This document shows, one piece after another, positions 38,001 through 48,008 of a stretch of 52,592 nucleotides of DNA. Each line of letters starts with the position of its first letter. Positions within the stretch are counted from its first letter, which is position 1. The notes under the pieces were generated by a model. The model made no database searches, had not been told where the DNA came from, and saw only the letters and a list, made by a program, of their open reading frames with translations. Origin of the DNA: a virus (lineage: Duplodnaviria; Caudoviricetes). The stretch spans positions 1 through 52,592 of the IMG/VR virus record IMGVR_UViG_3300010389_000023; one strand, written 5' to 3'. A program made the position numbers and the translations under genes.

Positions 38001-41000
38001 GTATGTGCCAACATACTGAACGTTATTCCAATTGATTATGGCAAGTTTTACTAAGTCTGTAGCGTATTCTATAAGATTGATAGATTCTGCTAGATTTTGA
38101 TCAAAATAATAATATTTTTCATCTGTAATCAGAATAGAAGCTAAATCGTAAGACTTTACGTTGCCGCCAAATCTAATATCATGCTCATATGCTTCTAGTA
38201 AATATCTTATAATTTCAATATAATCGTTTAATTTTGTACTCCAGTCAATAGAAGTCTGTGTTGCTTTACCATATCCAATAGTTTCTTCTATAATAAATTT
38301 TTTGTTTCTTTCAATTTGATTAGATGCATCTAACCATCTTCCAGATCTTTGGAAAATATTTCTTATCTTTTTAAAGTATTTGTTGTTATTTTCATCTAAT
38401 TTAAATTTAAAGTATCTTCCATAGAACTGAACACCTTTGTACTCACTTAATTCTGACAAATTATTGCCAGTGAGTTTTTGATTATCTCCTAAAGGTGGTT
38501 TAGAAAATATAATATTGCTACCAGAAACAGTATAAGATACTTCTGGTTCTTGCAAGACACCATCTAAAGTTATGAATAAATGTTTTGCATTTGGTGGGAA
38601 AAATGGGAGATTATTTTCATCTCTTAATTGGAAAGTTGTAGTTCCTTGTAGTATTCCATCTGTATCATAGTAACCATCAAAAGGATCAGAAAGAGTAAAA
38701 TGGAATGCTCTGTATCTGTTGAAATCAAATTCAGATGTAGAAGCAGATCCAATACCATTCTTTAGTCTATAATTTTCAAGTTTCTCTATATTTTGGGTAA
38801 CTACTAGTCTAGTATTATCTACTGTAATTTTATTTTTTTCTGGATTCCATAGTTGAATAATGCTGAAATGATCAACTTTGTTGAGATTTTCGGGTAATGT
38901 TCCTGGTACTACCGCAGAAGCACTTGACTCAATATCAACTTGACCAAATAGTTTGAATCCTGCAGGATGAGTTGTTGACTTAATTAACTCTCTCCACTGT
39001 TCTATTGAAGTTTTTGATTTTATAACATAAGAATAATCTTGATAGAAGAAGCTATCAGTAATTTTTTGATTAGATACTCCAAGTATTCCTCTATCTGAAG
39101 TATAATATCCTAAATTGTTATAAAAACTTTTAACGACATTATTGAAAGTAGTAACAAAAATGGATGTTACTATTCCATATGCTTTTGATACTAGACCTCT
39201 GATTTCAATATTTTCTCTGATAACTCCTTCAATTTTTTCCAGTTTTAAGAGATTTGATCCAGGTCTCCATTCAGAGACTTTTGCACGAAGTACCTCTTCG
39301 TTTCCAATATACTGAACAACAGTTTCTCCAATATTGAATACGCCAGAAAAATTTTTAAGTGATGCAGTATACTTCGAAGTAAAAGTAGATGCTACTGTTT
39401 CGTCTAAATGGAAAGATCCGCCATTTTGAATAATAGAAACACTTACTGGAACTCCAATATCACTGCTGCCAGCATATGCTTGAACATCTCCTTCTATAAC
39501 TTTTATACTAGGAGGATAAGTATATCCTACTCCAGGATCAGTTATAACGATAGAAAATAGTTTTCCACTATTTTGCGTTGCTTCAAATTTAGCACCAGAA
39601 CCATCACCATCAGTTATTACTACTATTGGATTTGAATAACCAGATCCAGATTCTGTAATTGTAACACTATCAAGTTTATTCAATACGGTGTCATAAATTA
39701 CAGAAACTTTAGCTTCTGTAGAATTAGATGTAGATACACCAGTAACAATTGGCACTTTCTTATAGTTAAATCCAGAATTTGTAATCTGTACTGTATTAAT
39801 AGAACCAATTGCAAATTGACCAGTAGTGGTGTAAGTAATAGTCCCAGAACCATCCCAAAGGGGAATTGCATTTAAATCATATACAAATCTATTTGAAGTT
39901 ACATAAGAAACTCTCTTTCTTCCTTGAAGAGGATCTGTAATCAATCTAATATACTGATTATCAGAACTCACAACTCCATTTCTATCAAAATAATAAAAGT
40001 TAGTAAAATCTGTTCCTACTTTGGTTTGATAATTATTTGTTTGTAATCTAGGTCCGTATCCAAATTTAAGATCGATATGGGTAGATGTTTCAATTTTTTC
40101 TACAGTTTCTAAATTGAATAGATTACTAGGACTGACATCAAAATTAACACCATTCATAGAAACATGAGAAGTGTCAAAAATATATCTGTAAAATTCTTGT
40201 ACCTCTATAGATGGATTTGGAGTAAATATTATGTTATCTTCTGAGATTTCAAATTTATATTCCAAATCACCAACTTCTCTTACACTCACTAATCTTGGTG
40301 ATGGAGTGCTTATATCAAAGAAATTGGTAGTTGTTTGAACTTTTTCTGCGGAAAGTGGATTGATTGCATATCCATAAATGATGACAGCTTCTTGTGTTTC
40401 TGGATTATAAGATTTTATAGTTCCAGATCCAACAGCATTGGAAATGCTATAATTTGATGTGAAATTATACTGTGCCTTGTAAAGTGTTACTGGTTGATTA
40501 TTATAATGATCTACTGCAGTTGTATTTTCTACTGCTCTAGTAACGTTTACATTACTACCATTGATAGATCCGACCAGAACAATTTCTTCACCTATCTTTA
40601 ATAGATCTCCATTTGCAATATTATTAGAGGATGCTAGAGGTATAAGAGTAGAATCTACAGAAACTCCAACATGATCTACATAGATTGCTAGTCTCGCAAA
40701 ACCCAAAGATCCTCCAGATCTTTGTAATGACTCGTCATCTACGCTGAGATAATCTCCTTTTGCATAACCAGATCCACCTGTTTGAAGAACAACAGAAGAA
40801 ACAATTCCAGCAGAAGAAACTGTGATTATTGCAGTAGCACCTTCACCAGAACCACCTGTAAGAGGAATATTGTTGTATGTTCCTTCTGTGTAATCAGCTC
40901 CACCATTTAGTACTTGGAATCTTCCAACACCAGTAAAATCAATTCTCGTGTTAACTTTAGGTGTTCTAAATTTTACAGTTTGATATAATCTTTTTCTTAC

Positions 41001-44000
41001 ATAGTAAGTTTTTGTTTTTGTATCATCTGGTATAATATCAACATTTACAATATCACCTATTCCCAATCCATGTGGTGAGTCAGTTTCAATTAATGCTACA
41101 TTTTGATTTACATCAAATGGTTCTAGGTTATCACTTAAAGAAGAGATTGTTGTAATTTTAGATCCAGAAGTATTAAACAAGTTAGATGATTGAATAAAAT
41201 AATCATCATCTATGATCCAAGTTCCAGATAAAAGTTTAATAAGAACAACGTTTTGTCTTTGTGTACTCTCTAGAACTTCACCTGTAGCTATAGGTGGATT
41301 CTGTCCATCTGTTAGACTTAGAATAGCACCTTCTGTGTAAGAACTATCTTGGTCTAGTAATAAATTGAATGTTTTGATATCCGCAGAGAAAGTTCCAGTA
41401 TTATCAAAATTTCCTATAACATTTCTCAATACTATGGTGTTATCATTTTTTACTGTTCCTACTATTTGACCAGATGCATTTGAAGATGGTTGTCTTAAAA
41501 CATCATCTTCAAATAGGTATGCATTTTGAATGGTAGTCAGTCTTACTACTTTATCTTCTTTACTTTCTAAGTAATTTACATTTTTTCCATTTACAGAGGA
41601 TACAATTGCTTCTGCATCAGAACCTTCAGTTCCTGAATTTTCAAAATAAAACTTTGAATTTACAGAAAAATTTTCAGAAGAAGAATCTACAGATACAGTT
41701 TCAATAGATCCAGATCTAACAGTATTGACATTAGCAAGAACACCAGAACCATTACCAGGCATTCCTTCTATAAAATATCTTTTCGAAGTTCTAGGAATAT
41801 CATTCTGATTTATATTTGAATTGTAATTACTATCTACTGGTAAAGAATAGAAATTCTCTCCCAGAATGTATGGGAATACTGGATTTTGTGATGCATCTAT
41901 GGTAATAAAGTATGCATAAGTTCCATTTGGAAATTCTGGAGTAACACAGTATCTTCCATTATTTTGATCTAAAGATCCACTCTTAGGAACGTAAGTATAA
42001 TCATTTGTAAAAGATCCTAGTGGATATGTTGATCTTGGTGGACCGCCAGTTCTACTTCCATTCAAAGAATAACTAGAAGTCATTCTTGTAATAGAAGAAG
42101 TAGAATCTAATGGATTACCATATCCATATGGTCCATAAATCGGATTGCCATCATATGCAAATCCCAATATAGGTGAGTGTGTTAAAACTGGTGGAACAAC
42201 TTCAGAAGATGATAAATTGTCGCCCAAAATAATTCTTAAAGACTTTGGATTTGCATAATGAGCGTATCCATTATCCAAAAGTCTATTGTAGTTATCAAAG
42301 AGATAACCATAATTATTATCTAACTTAGATTTGTATTTTTCAAATCGATTAAAGTTCCACTCTTTCAAAAATGGAATAGCAGATCCATCACCACCAACAG
42401 GAATTATACGAATAATAACATTACCTTGAGTGTAGAAGTTTCCACCAGAAATTTTTTCAAATTCAACTATTCCACCATTTGTATCGATAACTGCATTATA
42501 TTCAGCAAATCTTCCTCTTCCTGATGCATCAGTTATTTGAACAATTGGAGGAGTAGAATAATATTTTCCAGGGTTATCAACTACAATACTAGTAATTTCT
42601 CCATTAGTAACAATTGCACTTGCTTCAGCACCATATCCAGACGTGATAAGTATAGTTGGATCTGCAATAAAAGTATCTTCTGTATCAACAATAATACGAT
42701 CAATAACTTCTCCCGTTAAAATTGCTCTTGCTTTATTTGCCAATCCATCAACTAAAACATAAGGTGGATTTTTATAACCTCTTCCTTTGTTTGTTAATCT
42801 AATTTCTTCTAATATTCCGTATCTGATACTTTCTTCGTCTTTATTTCCATAGAGAGGAACGCCATTAACTAATATACCAACATCTCTTTTTGGAGTCTTA
42901 TAGATCTCAGTAGTTCTTATAGATTCTTTTCTGATTAACTTAAGAAGCTTCTGATCTTTTACTGGATCTGTAATTATAGATCCATCAAAAATTTTATATG
43001 ATGGAAAACCAGAACTAGCAATATAGTAATAATTATCATCTTCAAATATTGCAGATACATCTGTTTTTACTTGATCTAATGCAGTTTCTACATTAGTATT
43101 AGTGGGTGCATCAACAGGTAATCCTTGATTTAAAAACCACCTAGTATTATTTGTACCAAACTCTACAATTTTTGGATTTGAAGTTTTAAATCCAGGATTT
43201 GAAATTTGTATACTATCACCAGAGAATGAATAAGGGGCTTCGTCTTTTGTAGAAATATTATAAACTACACCAAGTGTTAGTAATGATGCACTAGTATTTT
43301 CAATGATGACAGGTTTGTATACAGATTCTCCAGATTGATGATTAAGTGGATTTGTTCTATTTTCAATTATAAACTGATTTACAGTCTTATCACTAAAAGT
43401 AATAATCTCTTCGCCTATTAATATTTCGCCAGATGGTGTCCATCCTATAGTAGAAAATACATCTACTCTATCACCAGTAAGACTGGAAGAACTTAAATCT
43501 GCTTCTAGTCTTGTTTTTGTAGAAATAGCGAAAGTGCCATTAACAGTTTCTGGAGCTAGAATAATATTCCAAATTAATTCATTATCAATAGTTCCTTCAA
43601 TCTGAACGTTATCTACAGTTGCAGAAGCATAGTCATATTCGGAAGTTGGATTTTGTACAATCTTTGTACCAATAAGATCTTCTGGATTGCCAGATACTAC
43701 CTTTACTTTTAGTGAATAAACATTAACCCAATCAGACTTAGAAACTTTATACGTAAAGTCCTTTGGATTATATACTGATGGTTTATTATCAGCATCTTGC
43801 GAAACAATACTAGTGAAGATAAATTTAATCGAAGCATCAGTTCCTTTTGCTTTGTAAAATTTATTAATATTCTTAATTAAAGTTCTTTTATCTACTTCTC
43901 CACGCAAATATTTTTCGGGGAAAGAACCAAGATATTGTGATTCAAAGTTTTTTACTAAAGCGTATAAGAAAAGATTGCTAACGTTATAAACTACAGAACC

Positions 44001-44441
44001 AGCAATATGAGATTGTGCTTCTGTAGATTTAAAGTTTGACGATGTGTATAGATCTCCTAATGTAGTATTACCACTTACACCTCTATAACAATTTTTAAAT
44101 TCTGTATCTGTTCTAGTAGTGTAAAAAATAATCTCATCATCAATACGGATATATCCGTTCTTCTCTGGAAATGATGATGCATCATTCACTATAATAGTTG
44201 TATCTGCATCACCTACTGATATACTTAAAGTATCGCTCTGTTTTAATAAATTTTTCTCATAAAAATCAATATCAGCATATTTTTGGATATTGCTTATGAT
44301 ATCTAAAGTTCCACCTTGAACTTCCTGAGATTCATAATACTTCTGAACGAACTTCGTAAAGAGTTCGTATTCAGTAGAAATGAATTCAGGAAGCTGGGAC
44401 TCAATTAGAGTGGAGATTCTCTTAGTCTTAACAGCAGGCAT
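35025..44441 (-). CDS. gp7: Baseplate wedge initiator (gp7-like, cyanophage giant form, 3138 aa) with YHYH-like domain
   Basis: IESQLPEFI..EY..F..F..KYY, LIKNI.KFY.AKGT, ITDSFFYQDYSYVIKS...W....THPAGFKLFG; HSPILGFAYDGNPIYGPYG...LDQNNGRYCVTPEFPNGTYAYF; lies between gp6 and gp8. Confidence 0.87.
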   Translation of the reverse strand: MPAVKTKRISTLIESQLPEFISTEYELFTKFVQKYYESQEVQGGTLDIISNIQKYADIDFYEKNLLKQSDTLSISVGDADTTIIVNDASSFPEKNGYIRIDDEIIFYTTRTDTEFKNCYRGVSGNTTLGDLYTSSNFKSTEAQSHIAGSVVYNVSNLFLYALVKNFESQYLGSFPEKYLRGEVDKRTLIKNINKFYKAKGTDASIKFIFTSIVSQDADNKPSVYNPKDFTYKVSKSDWVNVYSLKVKVVSGNPEDLIGTKIVQNPTSEYDYASATVDNVQIEGTIDNELIWNIILAPETVNGTFAISTKTRLEADLSSSSLTGDRVDVFSTIGWTPSGEILIGEEIITFSDKTVNQFIIENRTNPLNHQSGESVYKPVIIENTSASLLTLGVVYNISTKDEAPYSFSGDSIQISNPGFKTSNPKIVEFGTNNTRWFLNQGLPVDAPTNTNVETALDQVKTDVSAIFEDDNYYYIASSGFPSYKIFDGSIITDPVKDQKLLKLIRKESIRTTEIYKTPKRDVGILVNGVPLYGNKDEESIRYGILEEIRLTNKGRGYKNPPYVLVDGLANKARAILTGEVIDRIIVDTEDTFIADPTILITSGYGAEASAIVTNGEITSIVVDNPGKYYSTPPIVQITDASGRGRFAEYNAVIDTNGGIVEFEKISGGNFYTQGNVIIRIIPVGGDGSAIPFLKEWNFNRFEKYKSKLDNNYGYLFDNYNRLLDNGYAHYANPKSLRIILGDNLSSSEVVPPVLTHSPILGFAYDGNPIYGPYGYGNPLDSTSSITRMTSSYSLNGSRTGGPPRSTYPLGSFTNDYTYVPKSGSLDQNNGRYCVTPEFPNGTYAYFITIDASQNPVFPYILGENFYSLPVDSNYNSNINQNDIPRTSKRYFIEGMPGNGSGVLANVNTVRSGSIETVSVDSSSENFSVNSKFYFENSGTEGSDAEAIVSSVNGKNVNYLESKEDKVVRLTTIQNAYLFEDDVLRQPSSNASGQIVGTVKNDNTIVLRNVIGNFDNTGTFSADIKTFNLLLDQDSSYTEGAILSLTDGQNPPIATGEVLESTQRQNVVLIKLLSGTWIIDDDYFIQSSNLFNTSGSKITTISSLSDNLEPFDVNQNVALIETDSPHGLGIGDIVNVDIIPDDTKTKTYYVRKRLYQTVKFRTPKVNTRIDFTGVGRFQVLNGGADYTEGTYNNIPLTGGSGEGATAIITVSSAGIVSSVVLQTGGSGYAKGDYLSVDDESLQRSGGSLGFARLAIYVDHVGVSVDSTLIPLASSNNIANGDLLKIGEEIVLVGSINGSNVNVTRAVENTTAVDHYNNQPVTLYKAQYNFTSNYSISNAVGSGTIKSYNPETQEAVIIYGYAINPLSAEKVQTTTNFFDISTPSPRLVSVREVGDLEYKFEISEDNIIFTPNPSIEVQEFYRYIFDTSHVSMNGVNFDVSPSNLFNLETVEKIETSTHIDLKFGYGPRLQTNNYQTKVGTDFTNFYYFDRNGVVSSDNQYIRLITDPLQGRKRVSYVTSNRFVYDLNAIPLWDGSGTITYTTTGQFAIGSINTVQITNSGFNYKKVPIVTGVSTSNSTEAKVSVIYDTVLNKLDSVTITESGSGYSNPIVVITDGDGSGAKFEATQNSGKLFSIVITDPGVGYTYPPSIKVIEGDVQAYAGSSDIGVPVSVSIIQNGGSFHLDETVASTFTSKYTASLKNFSGVFNIGETVVQYIGNEEVLRAKVSEWRPGSNLLKLEKIEGVIRENIEIRGLVSKAYGIVTSIFVTTFNNVVKSFYNNLGYYTSDRGILGVSNQKITDSFFYQDYSYVIKSKTSIEQWRELIKSTTHPAGFKLFGQVDIESSASAVVPGTLPENLNKVDHFSIIQLWNPEKNKITVDNTRLVVTQNIEKLENYRLKNGIGSASTSEFDFNRYRAFHFTLSDPFDGYYDTDGILQGTTTFQLRDENNLPFFPPNAKHLFITLDGVLQEPEVSYTVSGSNIIFSKPPLGDNQKLTGNNLSELSEYKGVQFYGRYFKFKLDENNNKYFKKIRNIFQRSGRWLDASNQIERNKKFIIEETIGYGKATQTSIDWSTKLNDYIEIIRYLLEAYEHDIRFGGNVKSYDLASILITDEKYYYFDQNLAESINLIEYATDLVKLAIINWNNVQYVGTYTSEDSYINSNIIVDPSNPVCADVTSSVDSLFSNVENVLNQNKVSRTLPDYVDGETKVFELYWDDSTEVITEEDEDLFILINAVLQRPKYNAEYPGSDSYYIDRTVSPNKIVFDVAPIWDQDFSAKTIGEPTAVEKITGIGVGNYKRLTIDKNLVDGVKTGPFLILDVEDGRVQNIEDDEFVYVFLDGVLQRRDYSYTIIGPNIYFKFPVQKEMNVDMRLLYGQTLEQTLKLYDFSVDTYYARAKGTIDITSGLLNLYAYDWMGDFKHEPLHGYQINDDGTYNVLGELSNIRYVGSQMQFDVFGFECELDVTRDLYFAVKGRYNLNTTVTFSDYSLVYERDDDGRIITETYEVWRGTSLSKSYRNPFLSLSNGDLIKLEGESDFRKVKQLPRKALTREQRPNKQVSNTQVASVNVGLYNGVTIGEGLSVVAIMETDGNGNLTGRVDRLEWNQRSFDPLTQPTAYQYYTPPVLNFVPTNGDGGGARGTVLVSNGQVVSVDLTDKGSGYTEAPRIEVGRRYQILSEREIGVSLITVGVNPDAESVSMLNISTTTQTAETFSYVQNLRFSVVLNSIKNTEKILTAEIQLVENSGKNLKKEHLEIIRPYETYEEDVVDMDMIDTVDESPYVKFIEKIIQSESIVSTRPVLTTSTQYLLPNNIITDLNYHYNGAYLDIDLDPDENIVYVADTSKFEPYGYLLIGDEIVFYTAKLSDRFLNVQRGEDNTSPQFWPSGTFLRQIPRPITVTYAGIAGIESTSGLTSQKVDVQKTEVEIFYQYQIVSKNTFDEKTTTEIVITPPPSGISDGYANEILIEDPLLQRDTNLVDLLEIYGVERRDGSEVFVLNNSSLAYQLNFSYLRGNVGPGIGNFNQILDGGFTDVSSISIGEVDTYFPTLRIIDFEERPQSSFTFLGQYFNLANVSIQNPVTKTTSNGTIPSTVLAENTTNFPSEGYLFTSSGSVIQYTGITATSFTGCTLFRGPNLIATNDDLIPFSIS

Positions 44442-44445
44442 TTAC

Positions 44446-46242
44446 TTACTCTTTATATGCGGTGAAACTTGAATTCTCTACATCAACATCCAGATAAACC
44501 TCACGGAGTGCCTGGATATCATTAGATAGTGGTTTTACTCTAACTGAAATTCTATTATCAAAGAATGATCCCTTGATAATAGTCAAGTCATATATTTTCA
44601 ATTCGCCCTTTGCATAATCAATATCCCCAACTTCCTTGTCAAGGACAACTTTTTCACCAGTTATAGTCTCTAGTCTATATAGGACAATTTTGCCATCCCT
44701 ATCTTCTAGATATACATCAAAGTTTGGATATTCTGTAACCCTAAATCCAGTAGTGGAAAGGGTTGGACCATCACAATCTTTATCAAATGCATTCTGGAAA
44801 CAGATCTCATAGTAAAAAGTAGAATTCAATTGAGGATAAAAATCTTTTCTCATTGTTACTTGAGTAAGATTTGAGTTGATACTACGATCAGCATCATCAA
44901 TTACACCAATAAACTTACTGTATCTAAATTTACCATTAAATCTCTCTGTATCAGATGTATCAATGTAATTTTGAACAGAACCAATAACTTTATCTCTAAT
45001 TTGTGCTGGAGTTTGATCTGTAACACTACGGTCGTAATAAATCTTACTACTTAACTCTACGTAAAGAATAGATGGATCGACAATAACTGGTTCTACAGAA
45101 GCAATAACATATTTGTCAAGTTCTGAAAGAATTTCTTGTTTTGTAAAAGAAGTAAGGTATGAAGCATCTTGTGGTTTCAATACAATGAATACTTTACCAT
45201 ACTCTGGAGGGTCTTGATCTTCGCCTCCAAAGATAATTATGTCGCTCGTGGCAGGGTATACCTTACGAACGATAGAAGCGTAGTCCTGGGCGGTTACAGC
45301 GCGGTCCTGTGTGCCATATGCCTTAGGAGCATTGTACTTAATTCTATTGGTAGATTCCATCTCTTCTCCACCAGATGATGCTACTGTCGAATTGATAGTA
45401 ACATCAAATGAATTTGGCGAAATGCCATCAGGATTTTCTAGGACACCAGAAAATACAAATGTTCTAACACCATTAGACTCTGGACCAGATGTGGTGATAT
45501 AAGAAACTTCAATTCTTGCACCGTTATCAAGTTTCTTACCTATAACACCATCACCAAATAGTAATTCATATCTTTCATCTTCAATTTCTTCTAAGAAGAA
45601 GACTTTTGAATTGGCATCAACTCCTAAGATATTATCTGCTACAAGATATGGTTCGCTAAAAGAACCACCAGTTGGAAATACCTTGACCCTAATGGTATTG
45701 GTATCAATATTTCTGTTGTCAAGTACAAATCTCTGTGACTTGAGTGAAGTATTGACAGTAAATGTATTGATTAGTTGTGTTCCCTCTCTGATAGGAACAT
45801 TTTCAAAAACTGCAGTTTGGTTTAATACTTGTGCCTTGGCATCATCAATCGCAACATACTGATAGATATTATTATCATATGAAGCAATAAACCCCGTGCC
45901 CTTCTTTAAGAAGAGTTCTGTATCGGTCGTGGGGTTGCTATAAGTAACTGTAAATGAAATATATGCTGTAGGAGAAGTAATGCTCTTAGGTCTGTACCCT
46001 AATTGCTTCGCAATCGCTACTACGTTGTCCCTCAAGGTGGCAGAATCAATGAATAGTTCATTGACTACCATGTTAGTGTTAAATGCCGTATAATAGGTGT
46101 TATAGGCGAGTGTATCGATTAGAGTCGATAACGCAGATCCATCAAAATCATAGTCAGTAAAATCTGACTGTGCTCTGAGATACTCTTTCAGAGATGCTTT
46201 GATATCTTCAAAATCTAGATTGGCAACCTGAGTATAAGGCAT
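44446..46242 (-). CDS. gp6: Baseplate wedge subunit (T4 gp6-like)
   Basis: LDFEDIK..L..YL..Q..FTDYDFDGS.LS.L.D.LAYNTYY; LGYRPKS; FGDGVIG; QDRAVT..DY. Confidence 0.95.
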   Translation of the reverse strand: MPYTQVANLDFEDIKASLKEYLRAQSDFTDYDFDGSALSTLIDTLAYNTYYTAFNTNMVVNELFIDSATLRDNVVAIAKQLGYRPKSITSPTAYISFTVTYSNPTTDTELFLKKGTGFIASYDNNIYQYVAIDDAKAQVLNQTAVFENVPIREGTQLINTFTVNTSLKSQRFVLDNRNIDTNTIRVKVFPTGGSFSEPYLVADNILGVDANSKVFFLEEIEDERYELLFGDGVIGKKLDNGARIEVSYITTSGPESNGVRTFVFSGVLENPDGISPNSFDVTINSTVASSGGEEMESTNRIKYNAPKAYGTQDRAVTAQDYASIVRKVYPATSDIIIFGGEDQDPPEYGKVFIVLKPQDASYLTSFTKQEILSELDKYVIASVEPVIVDPSILYVELSSKIYYDRSVTDQTPAQIRDKVIGSVQNYIDTSDTERFNGKFRYSKFIGVIDDADRSINSNLTQVTMRKDFYPQLNSTFYYEICFQNAFDKDCDGPTLSTTGFRVTEYPNFDVYLEDRDGKIVLYRLETITGEKVVLDKEVGDIDYAKGELKIYDLTIIKGSFFDNRISVRVKPLSNDIQALREVYLDVDVENSSFTAYKE

Positions 46243-46637
46243 TATCGTGTACGCTCTAAGAAGAATTCTACTGCTACTGGAGTATCGTCGTTTCTACCAA
46301 TAATATTGTATTGCAATTCAACTTCATAACCATTATTCATATAATCTGGAGTGCAAATTACACTCTCTACGATAATTCTTGGTTCATACTTATTCAATAC
46401 ATCAACAATTTCAGATCTGATAATCGAACCAGATGCATAATCTAGAGGTTCGAATAACACATTTTGTATTCCACAACCAAGATTAGGTTGAAATGGTCTT
46501 TCACCCTTTCTAGTAAGAAGCAAGGCAGTGATCGCTTGAACGATAGCTGCCTTATCCTTTACTGTTACCAAATCATCGGAAACAGGATGCTTCTTGAAAG
46601 TAACACTCAAATCCTTGAATGTCTGAAAGGTTGGCAT
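46242..46637 (-). CDS. gp25: Baseplate wedge subunit / sheath initiator (T4 gp25-like)
   Basis: FKDL...F..HP...DL, LLT.KGERPFQP.LG, LFEP, YEPRI motifs. Confidence 0.95.
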   Translation of the reverse strand: MPTFQTFKDLSVTFKKHPVSDDLVTVKDKAAIVQAITALLLTRKGERPFQPNLGCGIQNVLFEPLDYASGSIIRSEIVDVLNKYEPRIIVESVICTPDYMNNGYEVELQYNIIGRNDDTPVAVEFFLERTR

Positions 46638-46661
46638 TTAGACACAGCAATAGGCTGCTAT

Positions 46662-46669
46662 TATTTATT
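46662..46669 (-). promoter_or_regulatory. Late promoter variant (AATAAATA) for gp25
   Basis: 7/8 match in the intergenic gap. Confidence 0.55.
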
Positions 46670-46884
46670 CACTCGTGCCAACGCTCTACAAAGTCATCAA
46701 ATCCACCAGCACCTCCACAATGGCGTTCTAGGCGGTCTTCTGGAAGTGGGTATAGTTCTTCCTTCATCTTTGACCTGCGACGCTTTGTAGCAGCATCTAG
46801 AAGACGATCACTATCAGTTTCGCTGATAAGGGTCATACCCTCATCGATAAACTCTTTACTTTTGTCTACTGGAAATAATCCCAT
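46669..46884 (-). CDS. Conserved-type cyanophage hypothetical protein
   Basis: GGAGG Shine-Dalgarno supports the start at 46884 (MGLFPVDKS..F..EGMTLI.E). Confidence 0.75.
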   Translation of the reverse strand: MGLFPVDKSKEFIDEGMTLISETDSDRLLDAATKRRRSKMKEELYPLPEDRLERHCGGAGGFDDFVERWHE

Positions 46885-46950
46885 TAAAAAAACCTCCATA
46901 AAGTCTGTTTCCAGAACTTTTAGAGAGGTTGCTATCTCTAATATTATGTA

Positions 46951-47502
46951 TTAAAGTAAAAAATTATAATTGCAAACTATTCTAATATTAGATTTTTCTG
47001 GACATGATGATGCATGATATGTTTCTCCTGGAAATAAAACACAACGACCTCTCTTTGGTGAAATAGAATTTATAATAGTTAAATCATCAAAAAAAGTTGT
47101 TGGACCATCACTATCATTTACATAATATAACATCGTGTAATGCGAATAATACTGATCGATGTGTGGTGTGTGAGATCTACCATTGTTCTGGTTTTTTATA
47201 AACATCCCAAGACGCACTCTTTTTAAGACAGATACTTTCTTATCATATGCATCTTTTACTGCTTTGTATAATATGGGTATTAATGCAGCAAGTGCTTGCT
47301 TTTCCTTGTAATTTTTTTCGAACTTAGATGAATATGCATCTGAATAAAGAAGATTTGCAAATCCGCTATTTGCATCCCCCAATCCCCCACCAGTGCTAAT
47401 GCCTGGTGTATAATGCCATGGAAAATTATTTTTAAAAATATCTTCTACTGATTGTTGAATAAATTCTGGAATAGAATTATCTAGTACAATAATATTACTC
47501 AT
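46951..47502 (-). CDS. 2OG-Fe(II) oxygenase superfamily protein
   Basis: PHID (HxD), LYYVNDSDG.T, PKRGR.VLF.G..YHAS, distal R..NYNF. Confidence 0.88.
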   Translation of the reverse strand: MSNIIVLDNSIPEFIQQSVEDIFKNNFPWHYTPGISTGGGLGDANSGFANLLYSDAYSSKFEKNYKEKQALAALIPILYKAVKDAYDKKVSVLKRVRLGMFIKNQNNGRSHTPHIDQYYSHYTMLYYVNDSDGPTTFFDDLTIINSISPKRGRCVLFPGETYHASSCPEKSNIRIVCNYNFLL

Positions 47503-48008
47503 AAAGTATTCCAGTGGTTATTTGGTCTTTCCCACCAAAAATGAAGATCTTTAACTGAGTCATCATAGTATAGTGAAACAATATCACTTTTAAATTTACT
47601 GTGAATATTCTCACATAATGAAAGCGTGTAATAATTCTTTTGTATGAACTTTTCCATACTCTGAGTAATCCATGTATAGTTGCCACCTCTGATGACACCT
47701 GCCTCACATAACACAAAGTTATCCCAGTCTAATACCCAATCAGCAAAATTAATTTCAAAATCAAGTTTATACTTCTCTACATTCTCATCTGGGAATGGCA
47801 CATTTACTGCCTCAATATGAAAAATCTCTCGATCCATTGACAATGAATGAGAGAGATGCTGAGTTACAATACTAGAGTAATCAGGAGATACGCACAAAAA
47901 ACAAGTCTTACTGGGATGAATATCCCAATCAGACATCTTAATCTTGTATGACATCTCCTGAATGAGTGCCATCTCGTTATCCTGTGAGATGAACAGTAAA
48001 TCTTTCAT
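47499..48008 (-). CDS. Divergent type I phosphoribosyltransferase-like protein
   Basis: FVLCEAGVIRGGNY sits where the PRPP loop would be; C-terminal FWWE resembles the FPWE end of xanthine-guanine PRTases. Confidence 0.5.
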   Translation of the reverse strand: MKDLLFISQDNEMALIQEMSYKIKMSDWDIHPSKTCFLCVSPDYSSIVTQHLSHSLSMDREIFHIEAVNVPFPDENVEKYKLDFEINFADWVLDWDNFVLCEAGVIRGGNYTWITQSMEKFIQKNYYTLSLCENIHSKFKSDIVSLYYDDSVKDLHFWWERPNNHWNTL

